A stretch of DNA of 64,000 nucleotides. Source: Chiloscyllium plagiosum. Taxonomy: Eukaryota. Position 1 is the first letter of the stretch. Every line of letters starts with the position of its first letter. This document shows, one piece after another, positions 1 through 13,169 of the stretch. The DNA is taken from the NCBI RefSeq assembly GCF_004010195.1, contig NC_057728.1, positions 45,355,419 to 45,419,418 on the forward strand, read 5' to 3'. The translations under genes were made by a program, and so were the position numbers. The notes under the pieces are model-generated. The model was not told the DNA's origin. It saw only the letters and a program-made list of their open reading frames with translations, and searched no databases.

Positions 1-174
1 GTCTGTCATTTAATAAGTCATGTGAAATGTTCTTCAGTCATGTTTAAGCTCCATCTTGAATTATCCTTGTGATAAGGAGTTCCATGTCACTGTTTCAAAG
101 TAGAAAAGGGAGTTATTCATGGTTTCCTAATCTATATTTATCCCACAATCAGCAGAACTTCTAAAAAGTTAGTT

Positions 175-330
175 ATGATCACTGTGACAGCTTGCAATAA
201 GCAAATTAGCTGCTTTGTTTCCTGCTTTACAATAGTTACTGCAATTCAAAAGTGCTTTAAAGGCTAGAAAATCTTTAATACTTCTTGTGCTCATACCTAG
301 TGATAGAGGAATGAAATGTTCTACTTTCAT
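175..330 (+). mobile_element. Decayed DeuSINE-like SINE 3' part
   Basis: gcaaattagctgctttgtttcctgctttacaatagttactgcaattcaaaagtgc resembles the recalled Deu-SINE tail. Confidence 0.35.
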
Positions 331-599
331 CTAATTTTTTTCAATCTGGACTTCCAATTTTGATCCATATGTGACATTTTATTGTTTCTCTGCTCCCAAA
401 TTTTACAACAAGGGTGCAAGTTACAATTGTGAAACTGCACTGGTAATACCCAGTCTTCCAAGGCCAATTTAAGCTGGATATCCAGGCTCTCAGCATGCTG
501 CATTTGTATATATTACAAGCTACATTTTTAGTACACAAGGTCCTCTTCTTTGTACACAGAAGAAACATATACATATTCTATGCCTGTTTCAATTCAAAA

Positions 600-880
600 T
601 AGATGGCAGCCATTCTCTGGTTCATTTCTCAGGGCAATGGATTAATCAGCAGAATTAACTTGCCTTAATTAAAAAATTAAGCAAAACTTAGCAGTTATCA
701 GTCTGTCATTATTAATTTATGCATCACCCATTGCAACTTCCCTACCAATTGGAGCCCACTTTTCATCCGGTGCTCTCAAATAGTGTAGATGTTGCTTTCC
801 TTTCACATTAGTGTTTCTTGCAAATTGTCCTGATAAGTGCAAGATGAAAAGCTTCAATAAAATGTCTTTTTTTTTAATCA
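600..880 (+). mobile_element. Penelope-like terminal fragment (family D) with decayed hammerhead
   Basis: ctgataa-g-tgcaaga-t-gaaa-agcttc at 830-855 is a mutated CUGAUGA...GAAA core followed by the palindrome AAGCUU. Confidence 0.45.
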
Positions 881-1394
881 GCAATACTCAAAAATAGCTT
901 GCATAAGACCAGATATTAAATTGATGGAGACTTTCCAAGATGGCCCAGCAGAGTTTCCACATTGCATCTCATACTTTCTTGATGTGCCCCATGAGGCTGA
1001 CTTTCATCAGTCTCAGAATATTCAGGAAAGGGAGGAAAAAGTAGCTGGCAAAGAATTTCTTTCCTAGTCACTCAACTATGCCTTTTGGCAGTCTGCCCAT
1101 TGACAGTATCCATAGATCTGTCATTGTATTGGCGCCATTCTGCTTTCTGAGTAAGAAGGCTGAGAATATAAAACAAAAATGAACAAAACTAAACCTTCAA
1201 AATGGGAATTGCAAACGTCAAAACAGTACATCAATGCTTCTTAGTTCAATTGTCATGCTTCAATCAGGAAAATGCTTTTAAAATCTTGAACATTTTGTTG
1301 CTAGTTATTTTTTATGATAAAAATCCATCCATTAATAGCAGTAATATTCTATGCATCTTCCGTGCACCATAATCAGAAGGTTTCACTGCATGCA

Positions 1395-1680
1395 TCTTCC
1401 AAACTCACACCCAGAAGGATAGGGGCAGCAAGTACATGGAAACATCACCACCTGCAAATTCCTCTCGGAGGCATTCACTATCCTGACTTGGAAACACATC
1501 ACACTTACTTCAGTGTTGCTGGGTCAAACTCCTGGAACTCCCTCCCCAAGTGGATTTATGTGTCTAACTACAACAAATGGATTGGAACAGTTCAAAAAGG
1601 TAGCTTAACACCACCTACTCAAAGGCAACTAGGGATGAGTGATAAATGCTGGCTCAGCCCAGCATTCCATTAATGAATAA
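1395..1680 (+). mobile_element. CR1/L2-group LINE 3' end
   Basis: The same sequence recurs at 8030-8730 (+) and 14598-15165 (-). Encodes FSVAGSNSWNSLP, an ORF2 C-terminal motif. Confidence 0.7.
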
Positions 1681-2929
1681 CATAAATTATTTTACAACCT
1701 ATTTTTCAAATCTACCTGTGCAGAGATGTTATTACTCACGCTGGAGTAGGTGAGTAACTTGTATTCCAATTGGCTACACCTGTTACAGTGTAGGCCATAT
1801 CTGCAATCCTTGATACACTTAGAATTATGATTTTGTTTTATTGACACATTTCTCAAGGATAGGGATACAGGAGCACGGGAAAAGTTTATAATGTTATCAT
1901 TCATGGCACCATCTTTGGTACAAGGTACCTAGGTGGAAAATCATAGGTACAAAGGAGTAAAATTCAAAAAGAAAAATTCAACATTAGAGTTCTTATCAGT
2001 ACAAAGTAGTAGATAAAGAAATAAAGTTAAAAGTTAAAATTACAGTCCTTCTTTATCCATGGCCTGTATTTGCTCTGTGCTGGGCTTATCCCACAAGGTC
2101 TTGCAGTCCCCATAAGGGCTCAATCTTTCCTCCACACTGTTGAGCAAGAGAGCTCCAGTAGATGTGCCATGCCTCCACCAGTAGGTGATTACATTGAGGA
2201 AGGGCAATTGGATCATTCAAAAAAAATCCTTCTCTAGAAAAAGGGTGTATGTGGTGACAGAAGAGCTCATAGAAAGAAAGGGTGGACTTAACATCCTTCT
2301 ATAAGTACGGTAACTAGAACTGTACACAACTCCAGATGTGGCCTCACCAATGCCCTGTTTAACTGATGCATTACCTCTCTATTTTAGAGTTCACTTTAAA
2401 ATAAGCCATCACCCATGTAAGAAGGGCATTAGGCCATCTGAGGATGAGTGTTTTTGGAGATTTTTCTGAAAGGACAGTAGGGGCAGATCAGCCGTGATCT
2501 TATTGAATAGTGGAGTAGGCTTAAGGAATTGAGGGATCTGCCTCTGCACGAACTGGTATACAGCTAGGCCAAAATGCCAGCCTCGTGCTGTGTATAATAT
2601 GTAAGCAAAGGTTCATGATCTTTGAGCCATCCATGTGTTCAAATCCATGTTACATTTCAACAAAGACAAACATAATGATGTAACTAATCAGACATTAATA
2701 AATTCACTTCTTTAAATTCAAACTTCTGATAACAATTTTTCTAAAGCTTATTGTAGCTGTTTTTCTTCTATGTTGTACATTGTAATGCAATCAGTCATTA
2801 CCAGATCCCTCGTTCTTTAAAAGTATGTAATTTTTCCACATGTAGGAAATAATTATGAAGCAATTAACAAAAAAAGTTATTAATCTTTATATTCCATGTT
2901 CTCATCATAATACAAGATATATTTCTTCA

Positions 2930-3315
2930 AGGACGTCTAATCATTTTATTTTAGAAATCTCTTTTCTTACCAAGATTTCCTTCCACACTATGGAGATCAA
3001 TTCTCACCCGTTTCTTTACAACACTCTTTGTTGAATGAGCATTGTCCCAAAGAGAACCATTATACATTTTTCTTTGATTTCCTTGGGATATTATGTAAGG
3101 ACACTCCCATATCTATTGCTTTCAGTCTTGCCATTATTTCAGCAGCTAAGGTGGTTTTCACTACCCATATTTTTTTGGATTCCCTTGCCAATGGAAAACA
3201 TTTGTTAATCTTTCACCAAATGTGATAAACCCTGTCATTCGAGAATATCCTTTTGGAAGATTGCCATGTGAAGCATCACTAATAATGACTAACTTAAACA
3301 TATGAATTAAAAACA
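2930..3315 (-). mobile_element. Ty1/copia RNase H remnant
   Basis: Minus-strand peptides KLVIISDASHGNLPKG, SKKIWVVKTTLAAEIMA and SLWDNAHSTKSVVKKRVRID. Confidence 0.75.
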
Positions 3316-3324
3316 AATAATTAC

Positions 3325-4605
3325 TTAAATGGAAAATGACTGCAGAATTCTGAGGTGCAGAGAGATCTAGGTTTTCTAGTGCGTTAGTCACAAGCACTTA
3401 GCATGCAGATACAGCATATAATCAGGAAGGCTAATAGGATGTTAGCTTTTATTAGGATAGAAATTTAACATTAAAAAACTGATCTTATGCTTCAGTTATG
3501 CAGCATATTGATCAGATTATATATCATATTCTATGCACAGTTTTGATCTTCCGACTTATGGAGGCTGTTCAAAGGAGGCTTATGAGATTGGCAACTGGAA
3601 TGAGCATTTTATCTTCTGAGGACAGGCTGTGCTCATTTCTACTGGAATTTAGAAAGATGAGGAGCATTTTGATTGAAGCATTTGAGATCCTGAATGGTTT
3701 TGATGAGATAAATGGGGAATGATAGTTGCAGTGTCTTTGGAACTCTTTCTGAAAGGATGGTGAAAGTGGTAGCTAAAGGAGTTTCTGAAATTACGAGAAT
3801 TGATAGCATCCTTTGTCTGCAGGATTCAGAGTCTCGCATGGTATATTACTTGCCTGGTGCGAGGGTGAGGGACATCTCTGACCAGTTTGAAAAGATATTG
3901 GAGAGGGAGGGAAGGATTCAGTTGTTGTGGCCTATGTCAAGACAAAATCAGAAGCAATACTAGGAAAGAGGACCTGTTTAGAGATTATCAGAAAATAGGA
4001 GCTAAATTAGAGAACAGGTTATAATCTTCGGATTACAACCCAACCCACGTGCAAATTGGCATAGGGCCATGATAATACAGAAAGTAAACATGTGGCTAAA
4101 AGAGTGGTGCAGGAAAGAGGGGTTCCTTTTCATGGAGCACTGGCATCAGTATTGGAACAGGAGGGATCTGTACATTGGGATTGTCTCCATCTGAATTGAG
4201 CTGGGACTAATGTTCTAGCAAAAAGGGTAAATAGGGTGGTCAACAAGAGTTTAAACTAAAACGTGGTGGGGGAAAGGGAAGTGTAAAATGCCAAGAAGTA
4301 TAATGGCCAGTGGGATACAAAGCAGCAGGTCAACTTTTTAGGATATGATAAAAGGTTGTGTGACTTTGGTTGTGTGATATGATTGTGTGACTTTGGAACC
4401 TTCTACTTCAGACAGCAGACAATGGGTATTCTTTGAATAGTTTTCAGACAGGGGTGGATAGATCTTTGTTAGTGAATCAAAGGCAGTCAGGGATAGATAG
4501 GAATGCAGAATTTGGAACACAAACGGATCAACCATGACCTATTGAATGATAGAACAGGTTTGAAGGGCTGACTGAAATAATTCTGCTCTTAATTTGTATG
4601 TTTGT
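3325..4605 (+). mobile_element. Old CR1 3' end interrupted by a CR1 ORF1 (SGNH esterase) fragment at about 3718-4345
   Basis: ORF2 C-terminus MEAVQRRLMRL...LEFRKMRSILIEAFEILNG, then ITRIDSILCLQDSESRMVYYLPGARVRDIS (homologous to 20632-20862), then CR1 3' UTR. Confidence 0.75.
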
Positions 4606-5420
4606 AAATATTTTGGATTACCTCCCAGTTAAAAACCTGCGTACACCTTTATCGGAATTTAATTTCTTTAATGTTGTATCTGTTCTCAAAACCTGCTCAA
4701 CCATAGCATATTTTAACATGATACTCCATTTCATTGGTGACAACCAAGACTGAGTCTGATTGTTCAGTTGAATTGGTTGTGCAGTCAAACTTCTTAACTG
4801 GTCAGTCACTACCTTGCATGCAGGCTCCTTTTATTGTGAGGACTTGGCCCTATTTATTGGAATGTGGTTGACCTGCTCAAATAAGATTGTTGATCCAAAT
4901 TCACTTTTGACTTGTTCTGCTTGAAATTTAATCTTTCATATTTCAAGCCCTCTGAAGCTTGACCACCAATCTTAAACCCCTTACTTATTCAGTTTTTCAT
5001 GCATTGCTCAAATTCCGCAGAAGCTGGGTCTATGCGTGTTTGACATAATATCACAGTCCTATAACCTATAGACTACCATTGAAGAGGTTTTTGTTTTTTG
5101 GAAATAGGCTGTTAAATTCCATTATAGAATATCCATCCTGATTTCTAATTTATCTAAGTCTGACAGTGCCTCATATGTATTTAATAGATGATTTTATTAA
5201 CATAAGTTTTTGCCCATAAATTTTAATAGTTTATCCAAATTTCCTCAGTGTCTTTAGGCTCTACGTTTGAAAATGCTTTATATCTGACTCTGCTTTAATC
5301 AGGAAGCAATGGTGTCAAGGCCATACCCTTTGTTCATATATCCACTTCATTTTTGCATTGTTCATAAGGTTCAGAACATTGGTGGAAAATTGCATCCTGA
5401 CACTTGACATTGGATTCCAG
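4605..5420 (-). mobile_element. Ty1/copia reverse transcriptase (and possible integrase) remnant
   Basis: Minus-strand GFKIGGQASEGLKYERLNFKQNKSKVNLDQQSYL and DQLRSLTAQ...TLKKL. Continues into the RNase H piece across the CR1 insertion. Confidence 0.65.
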
Positions 5421-7189
5421 CTATTCTTTTCAAATGTAACTCAAATTACAATCTTCTATCTGCGAGGCACTCTAGGACTGAATTTTCCCAGGCCACGAAT
5501 GACCTGAACCTGAGCATTAGCTAGATGTTTGGGAAAATACGGTGAGAATGGAAAAAAGAGATTTTTGATGATGAGATAAAAAAAGTTGGATTTTTCCACC
5601 CAAGGTTTTAACAGCTAGAGAGCAGCAAGGACTGGCATGCATTAACATCTCATTATTACCTAACATCACCCCATTTAGATACAAGTTGCTATTTTCCCCA
5701 ACAGCAGGAGAAACTGGATGGTGCCAATTCCTGACACAAAGGTCAAAGTGGTTACTGGGCAGGTAGAGCTCACTGGTACTTTCCCAATCTTGGCCAGCAT
5801 TCCTTAATGTCTCAGGACACAATGGGCATACATCACCCATACATTCCATCCATGAAGGCTGACATCAGCCTAGCACAGTGTCAACACATGGCACATGTCC
5901 AACTCATCTATAATATAGTTCATTACCTTGATACTGCACTTTGGAGCATACCGACACCTTAAATTGAAATGAAACTGTGAAGGGCTATTCCTATTTGGCA
6001 GCATTTGGTCTGGTGCACAGCTGTGCATTAAATATGGCAAGCACTTCTGCCTCTAGTGAGCACAAGAAGATGATGTACAGTTAACGAGGGAAGCTTCATT
6101 AAATTGTGAAGGGAAACTCTCAAACTCATGAAGAGAAATCCTTTAAAAAACTCCTTGAAACTGATACTTTGCCAAATTTTGATAAATTCAATCCATAGTT
6201 CCAATCTTCACCTTTAGGCAACTATGCTCTGCTACTAATGTCAAATGGATCCAAGCCAGTCGGTGAGACAGAAAAATAAGACAGTTTTCTTTGTGGATAA
6301 AGTTTACTAACTACTCAGTCTTGCAGCTCTTTCCTCAAGCTACAGATACATTCTCACTAGTGCTCAGACAATTGATAGGCATCTGTTACTACTTAATCTT
6401 AATTAAAGACATTAACAAGCTTAACAATGTGATTAACCAGACGTTACCATACACCTTGGTTTACCTGCCTGGGTCACTCCTGTTCAGAATATCCACTTTT
6501 ACAATTAAATTTCAAATGCTGAGTTACATTATGCTATTGAAAGTGTTAACATGGCTCTTGAGAGACAGATAAAACAAAAATATGAGGATGAATGTTGAAC
6601 AAATGTGCCCTGTAAATTAAGGAAAGGAGTGGTGGGAGTAATTGCCAGCTTTGCAAGAAACTGGATGGGAAAAGAAAACAGTATTATGATTTAAAGTAAG
6701 AAGTGGTTTAAATTATATGCTGAAACTTATGTTCAAAGTCAGGGCCCTTTTTAAAATTGCTCTTGTAATTAATTTGTAGCCCTGTCAACTTCAGCACATT
6801 TTTAATACCCTGCTATATGAATCACTTAGTCATGCTGAAGTTCAGACTCTGATGATTTTCTCCTGTTCATGCCCCAGATCCAGTTGTGCGACTGGCCTTG
6901 TTCAAGAATAAGAAAAATAAATATTCCCCTGTGAAGCCAAAGAAGAAGGCATGTGATCGTGTGGAATATTTCAGAGGTAAAAGACACTGCTAGTGTAACA
7001 CCAATGTTTTGACAGCCAGTTTTCAGGTGAAGCATTTATTTTGCTTGGTCCTTGATGATGTGTGTTGTATGAATTATCCTTGGGCAGCGTGTAAAATAGA
7101 CCTTATGTATTGACCACCTGGTGTATTCCCCACCCGGTGCTCACTTCTATTGAAGTCTATTGGTGTTATTTAGTATCAATCCATTTAAA

Positions 7190-7905
7190 AGCTTCAGTAG
7201 ATGCAGTGTGATGCTACAATGAAGGGATCTCTCGGACCAGGCATTCATTATGTGGGTGATGGTCTGACTTGCATGGTGCCAGCCGCAATTTTAGCTGTTC
7301 TGCGTCTTCTATTCGTAGAGCAATAGGCCTCCTCTTCCTTGAACCACCCTCAAGTGGTTGAGAATTGCCCAGATTTTCTGTGGAACGTTGAAACCTGGGA
7401 CTTCACCACTCATACCAATAGCCAGTTTGCATTTGGTCGTGTTTTCAGTTAACCAGAAGGTGTGACATCAAGAGGTGGCATTGTCGTCAGTTTGTAGCGA
7501 ACGGAGTGTGTTCCAGTTGGACTGTGGAATTTCAGACCAGTGCATGGATCAGTGAAAGTGCTTTGTAAACAATCAGTCAAAAGCCTTCTTGCAGTGTTTT
7601 CTTTGAAAACATCAGGGTTTGGTGTATGCGAGCACAAGATGCCATATGATAGTCTGGTCTTTAAAATTCCAGAAATAACCCTCATGACACTTTGGGGAGG
7701 GATAGCTACCACGTTCATCTGGTGACCCCTGTTGTTGTGTGGACCAAGGTAATTGAAGCAGTGGGTAGCATATTGACTCTGCTTTCAGAGGTAGTAATCT
7801 CCAGTTTTCTGAGGCAAGTCAACTTTCATGTTAACTTGGCTGCAGTATTCTGGAGGTGCTGCTGGTTGTTCAATGTGCAATTAAGAATAATGACCGTGTG
7901 AATGA
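7190..7905 (-). mobile_element. Vingi/Ingi-like LINE 3' remnant
   Basis: Minus-strand VMRVISGILK and PGFNVPQKIWAILNHLRVVQGRG match the recalled Vingi C-terminal PGFxLPRxxWxxLNRLRTGxGR pattern. Confidence 0.6.
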
Positions 7906-8029
7906 CTGGTCAGCCATAGAACTGGACATGAATTCCTTCCCTTGCCTTTAAATTGTTTAGCTGGAAAGCTGACTCATTTGTCTAAGAATTTTCTGGTTTT
8001 CATCAAACTTTAGTCATTCACCTCCTCAT

Positions 8030-8730
8030 TCTCTTGGCTACCAATAATCTGACATTCAATGGCACTACCAACATGGAAACTCTCCCATTAAAGGGGTTAC
8101 CATTGACTGGAACTGAACTGGGTTAGCCAAACAAATGCAGTGACTACAACAGTACAGGGACTAGGAACTTGCAGCCAGTAGTTCATCTCCTAATTCCTTA
8201 AAGGATGTCGGTCATCTACAAGGCATAAGTCTAGAATCTGATGTGATACTGTCCAATTGCCAGAATGAGTGCAGCCCTGACAATGCTCAAGAAGGGTTGA
8301 CACCAACCAGAAAAATGCAGCCTGCTTGATTGGCACTGCATCCACAAACATTCACTCCCTCCACCACCAACTCCCAGTAGCAGCTTTGTGTACCATTTCC
8401 AAGGTGCACTGCAGAAATTCGCCAACGATCCTTAAACAGTACCTTCCACATCCACAACTGCTAACATCTAGAACAAATATATGGGATCACCACCCCCTGA
8501 AAGCTCTCCTCCAAGCTAATAACCTATTATGACTTGACAATATAATGCCATTCGTCCACTGTCACTGGGTCGAAATCCAGGCACTCCCTCCCTGTTGGCT
8601 TTGTGGGTCTAACTACAGTACATGTACTGCAGCGTTTTGAAAAGGCAGCTCACCACCACCTTCTAAAAGGCAGTCAGGCATGGACAACAAATGCTGGTCC
8701 AACCTGCAAAGCCCATATCCCAAGAATAAA
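8030..8730 (+). mobile_element. CR1/L2-group LINE 3' fragment
   Basis: Longer copy of the 1395-1680 family, ending in ...cccatatcccaagaataaa. Confidence 0.7.
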
Positions 8731-8869
8731 TTTAGTAAAATTGAAGATTTCTTTTAAAAAAAAAAGTGATAGTATGCAACTGGAAATGCCCTATACTTAA
8801 AAATGAATTGTTTTCTTTCTACGTAGATGTTCATAGTACATTGCTGTTTAAGAATTTAGGTTCTAAAGT

Positions 8870-9602
8870 TGAGGAAAGGTAGATTTTAGTTTGCAGTTCT
8901 GTGAAGGTCTAAATTTAATTTTAAGTTCAGTGAGTCATTTTCAAGTCAGTTCAAAGCAGCATTGAGAAGTCACATAAATTTAGTAAGCCACACAGGAAGT
9001 TAATTGCTAAGGTCATTGTCAACTTGACTTTCATGACCTCCAAAGAGGAGTAGGGTGTCATTAGAAGCAGGTTGATGCAGACAGAAGTTACCAATAACAC
9101 TGAGGTGCTGTTAAAATAAGGAAGGTGAAAAAGAGCAAGCAAAAACCGATATAAAATTGGTATAATTGTAATTAAACTAGCTATACTAAAGGTGATTGTT
9201 GGAAATTAAATGGGAGACCTATTGCACCAGTAGACTGCTTAAGGGTGTGTCAGGAAAGGAACGGGGAATTGAATATTAAAATTGTAGCAGTGATATAGGT
9301 GGAGCATGCTCCCTTTTAACCTTTTACGAAGGAAAGGTCAGGGCATTCAAGTAAATTCTTCCTCGAGTCTTACTAAAGAGAATTGGACTGCTGAAGGTTC
9401 TGGATATTTTCTTTCAAAGGCTGACATGCTTAGCCCAGCTTCTGTAATAGAAATGCAACAAAAAGATCCTGAATTGGGAAAGTCATTCCAAGCAGACTAT
9501 CTCAGAAATTAAATCAGAATCAACACCTGAGTGTTAATGAGGAACAAGAGGCCACCTCATATTCCAGCCAGTGAGGAGTAGGAAGTAGCCTGTTAGGTGA
9601 TA
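8870..9602 (+). mobile_element. Gypsy LTR retrotransposon remnant (LTR-like segment plus pol fragment)
   Basis: SVIEMQQKDPELG and VLMRNKRPPHIPASEE resemble the pre-integrase region of Gypsy pol. 8885-9090 resembles 12543-12710. Confidence 0.5.
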
Positions 9603-10362
9603 ATCATAGTCATAGAGGTCGACAGCACCAAAAAGGTCTTTCAACCCATCGAAACCGATCCGAAACAACAATTCACAGCATCACTATAGTGTTAAAGCCG
9701 TTTGAGTCTATACTGACTCTCTGAAGGGCATCCCATCCAGATCCACCACTCCACCCCACCCTATCTCTGTAACCCTGCATTTCCCATGGCTAATCCACTT
9801 GGCCTACAGATCCCTAGACACAATGGGCAATTTAGCATGGCCAATCCATCTAACTTCTAATCACTTTTTACAGCACTTGGTCCAAAACCTTAATTTGCAA
9901 ATATATACACCTAATTACTACTTCAATGTTATGAATTTCTGCCTCTTACCACCCTTACCAACAATGAGTTTCAGATTCCCATCATCATCTACGTGAAATA
10001 TTTTTTTTCTTACATCCACTTTAAAATCCTACCCCTTTCCCTTAAATCTATACCCATGGTCATTGATTCCTCCACAAGGGCAAAAGTTTCTTCCTGTTTA
10101 CCCTGCCTATATTCCTCAAAATGTTATATATTTTAATTATGACCCCCTCTCAGTCTGCTCTGCTCCAAGGAAAAGGAGCTCCAGTCTGTCAAATTTCTCT
10201 TCATAACTAAAACTTTCCAGTCCAAGCAATATTCTGGTAAACTTCCTCTGTACCTTCCACAGTGCAATAATATCCGTCCTATAATGTGGATTTCAGAACT
10301 GTAAAGAATATTCCAGATGTAGAAATTAAGTTTTTAATAGTTGCAGCATAACCTACTCGCAC
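9603..10362 (-). mobile_element. Older CR1 3' fragment with nested partial HE1-type SINE (about 9680-9855)
   Basis: Reverse-complement CR1 tail, plus the SINE motif atgggcaatttagcatggccaatccatctaac shared with 27617-27924. Confidence 0.65.
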
Positions 10363-12240
10363 TTAGAGTCATAGAGATGTACAGCATGGAAACAGACCAT
10401 TCGGTCCAACTTATCCATGCTGGCCAGATATCCCAACCTTGCCAGCACCCGGCCCATATCCCTCCAAATCCTTCCTATTCATATACCCATCCAGATGTAT
10501 TGTAAATGTTGCAATTGTACTAGTCTCCACCACTTCCTCTGGCAGCTCATTCCTACATGTACCACCCTCTGCAAGAAAACGTTGCCCCTTCGGTGTCTTT
10601 TATATCTTTCCTCTTTCACCCTAAACCTATGCACTCTAGTTCTGGACTCCCCGACCTCAGGGAAAAGACTTTGTCTATTTATCCTATCCATGCCCCTCAT
10701 GATTTTACAAACTTCCCAACTCCTGTACTCGATGCACTGACCAATAAACGCGAGAATACCAAACCCCTTCTTCACTATCCTGTCTAACTGCGACTCTACT
10801 TTCAAGGAACTATGAACCTGCATCCAATGTCTCTTTGTTCAGCAACATGCCCTAGGACCTTACCATTATGTATATAAGTTCTGTCCTGCTTTGCCTTTCC
10901 AAAATGCAGCACCTCACATTTATCTGAATTAAGTTCCATCTGTCACTCTTCGGCCCATTGGCCCATCTGATCAAGATCCCATTGCTGTCTGAGGTAACCT
11001 TCTTTGCTGTCCACTACACCTCCAGTTTTGGTGTCATCTGCAAACTTACTCATTATACCTCCTGTGCTCACATCCATATCATTTGTATAAATGATGAAAA
11101 TCAGTGGACCCAGCACTGATCTGTGTGGCACACCACTGGTCACAGGCCTCCAGTCTGAAAAGCAACCCTCCACCACCATCCTGTTTCTCCTACCTTTCAG
11201 CCAGTTCTGTATCCAAATGGCTAGTTCTCCTTGTATTCTATGCGATTACTGAAGTCCATATAGATCATGTCCACCACTCTGCCCTCATCAATCCTCTTCA
11301 ATACTTCTTCTAAAAAATGCAATTAAGTTAATGAGACACAATTTCACATGTACAAAGCCATGCTGACTGTTCCTAATCAGTCATTGCCTTTCCAAATACA
11401 TGTAAGTCTTGTCCCTCACCATCCCCTCCAATAACTTGCTCACCTCTGATGTCAGACTCACCAGTCTTTCGTTCTCTGGCTTTCCTTACCACCTTTCTTA
11501 AATAGTGCCAACATTTTAGTCAAACTTCTAGTCTTTCAGCACCTCACCTGTGGCTATCGACGATACAGATATCTCAGCAAACAGCCTGGCAATCATTTCC
11601 TGAGCATCCCGCAGAGTTCTAGGGTACACCTGATCAAGTCCTGGGGAATTATCCAGCTTTATGCATTTTAAAACAACTAGCACCACCTCCTCAGTAATAT
11701 GGACATTTTTCAAAATTTATGTACTTCCCAAGTTCTCTAGCTTCCATATCCATCTCCACAGCAAACACAAATATAAAATACTTATTTAGTATCTCCCCTA
11801 ACTCCTCCAGTTCCACACATGGCTGGTTTTGCTGATCTTTAAGGGACTCTCTTCTCTCCCTAGTTAATGTATTTATAGTAAGGAGGTGCCAGTGTTGGAC
11901 TGGGATGGACAAAGTTAAAAATCACACAACACCAGGTTACCATCCAATTTGGAAGTACTAGCTTTCAGAGCGCTGTTCCTTCATTAAGAAGCAGGTCAGT
12001 TTCTCTGTCATCCAGCATTCCCTCCACCCACCAGCTTTGCTCTTCACCCTAACAGGAACATACTGTCTCTAGACTTTGGTTATCTCATTTTGAAAGCTTC
12101 CCACTTTCCAGCCATCCCTTTACCTGCGACTGTCCGCCCCCAATCAACTTTCGAAAGTTCTTGCCCAATATTGTCAAAATTGGCTTTCCTCCAATTTAGA
12201 ACTTTAACATTTAGATCCAGTCTATCCTTTTCCATCACAA
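10363..12240 (-). mobile_element. HER1-type CR1 LINE, 5'-truncated, frameshifted
   Basis: RT motifs SGVPHRSVLGPLIF and SKFADDTK (ORF 10943-11179); the 3' tail reads agagtcatagagatgtacagc on +. Confidence 0.9.
11880..11995 (-). mobile_element. Penelope-like family B fragment nested in CR1
   Basis: Same sequence as 15214-15338 and 44560-44694; decayed hammerhead at 11959-11988 (-). Confidence 0.65.
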
Positions 12241-12844
12241 CATTAGCCTTTGTGAATTTGGAATTTATTCAGAGTGAAGGCTTGTTAACAAGCAAATATG
12301 GAGAAAAATGAATGCCTTGATCAAAAGTAAGGTGGGTAGAATATAATTGTTTTGGAAAGCCCTTTTTATATTTAATATAAATTTATTGTTGCTGTCAAAA
12401 TAAAATCAGAATAAATGGAAATAGTGGTGAGGAAATTATAACAAAAAGGAAAGTGCCTCTTGAAGATTCCTTTGCATTTTTTATTGGCAGGATATGACGA
12501 TGAAAGTTTGTAATATATTCTTGTTAAGCAGAAGAAAAGAGGATTTTAGTTTTCAGCTCTGAAGGCAGAAAATCACTTTGAGTAATGGTTTAGTTGCATG
12601 ACAAGCAAGCCACATGCAGAGGTAATTGCTAAGGTGTTTACTGACTTGTACTTTACAACTACTAGAGGGAGAGGATGCCAGAAGCAGGTTCCTGCAGAGA
12701 GAAAAGATTCAAAACAGCCACAGTGCTGTTATTAGTAGCTTCCAAACATCCAAGGCTGAGAATAAATTCTGAATTATTTCAAAGTGAATGAGAAGATAGC
12801 GCCAGATGTACCCACAAGACTTTTGAAGACATGACTTTAGATAA

Positions 12845-13090
12845 CCCGGAGGTTTGTTAGCTCAGTTGGCTGGACAGCTGATCTGCAATGCAGAGTCACT
12901 GCAATAGCATGGGTTAAATTCCTGCACCACAGAGTCATAGTCATAGAGATGTACATGCTAATGTTATTGTGAAGATCTGCCTTCACAACTTCACCCATGA
13001 CCTGAGGCATAGCAAGCCTTAGATTAAACCACCATCAGTCGTCTCTGTGTAATTAGAGAGCATCCTTATGATCCTGTACTAAAACACTTT
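12845..13090 (+). mobile_element. tRNA-derived SINE
   Basis: A-box tagctcagttgg and B-box-like ggttaaattcc. Contains about 25 bp of HER1 tail at about 12931-12955. Confidence 0.55.
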
Positions 13091-13169
13091 ACTTTAATAC
13101 ACTCAAACTCTTCACTACTGCTTACATGGCAAATGGACTGCATGTGCTTCAACCAAAATAGTTGCATCT

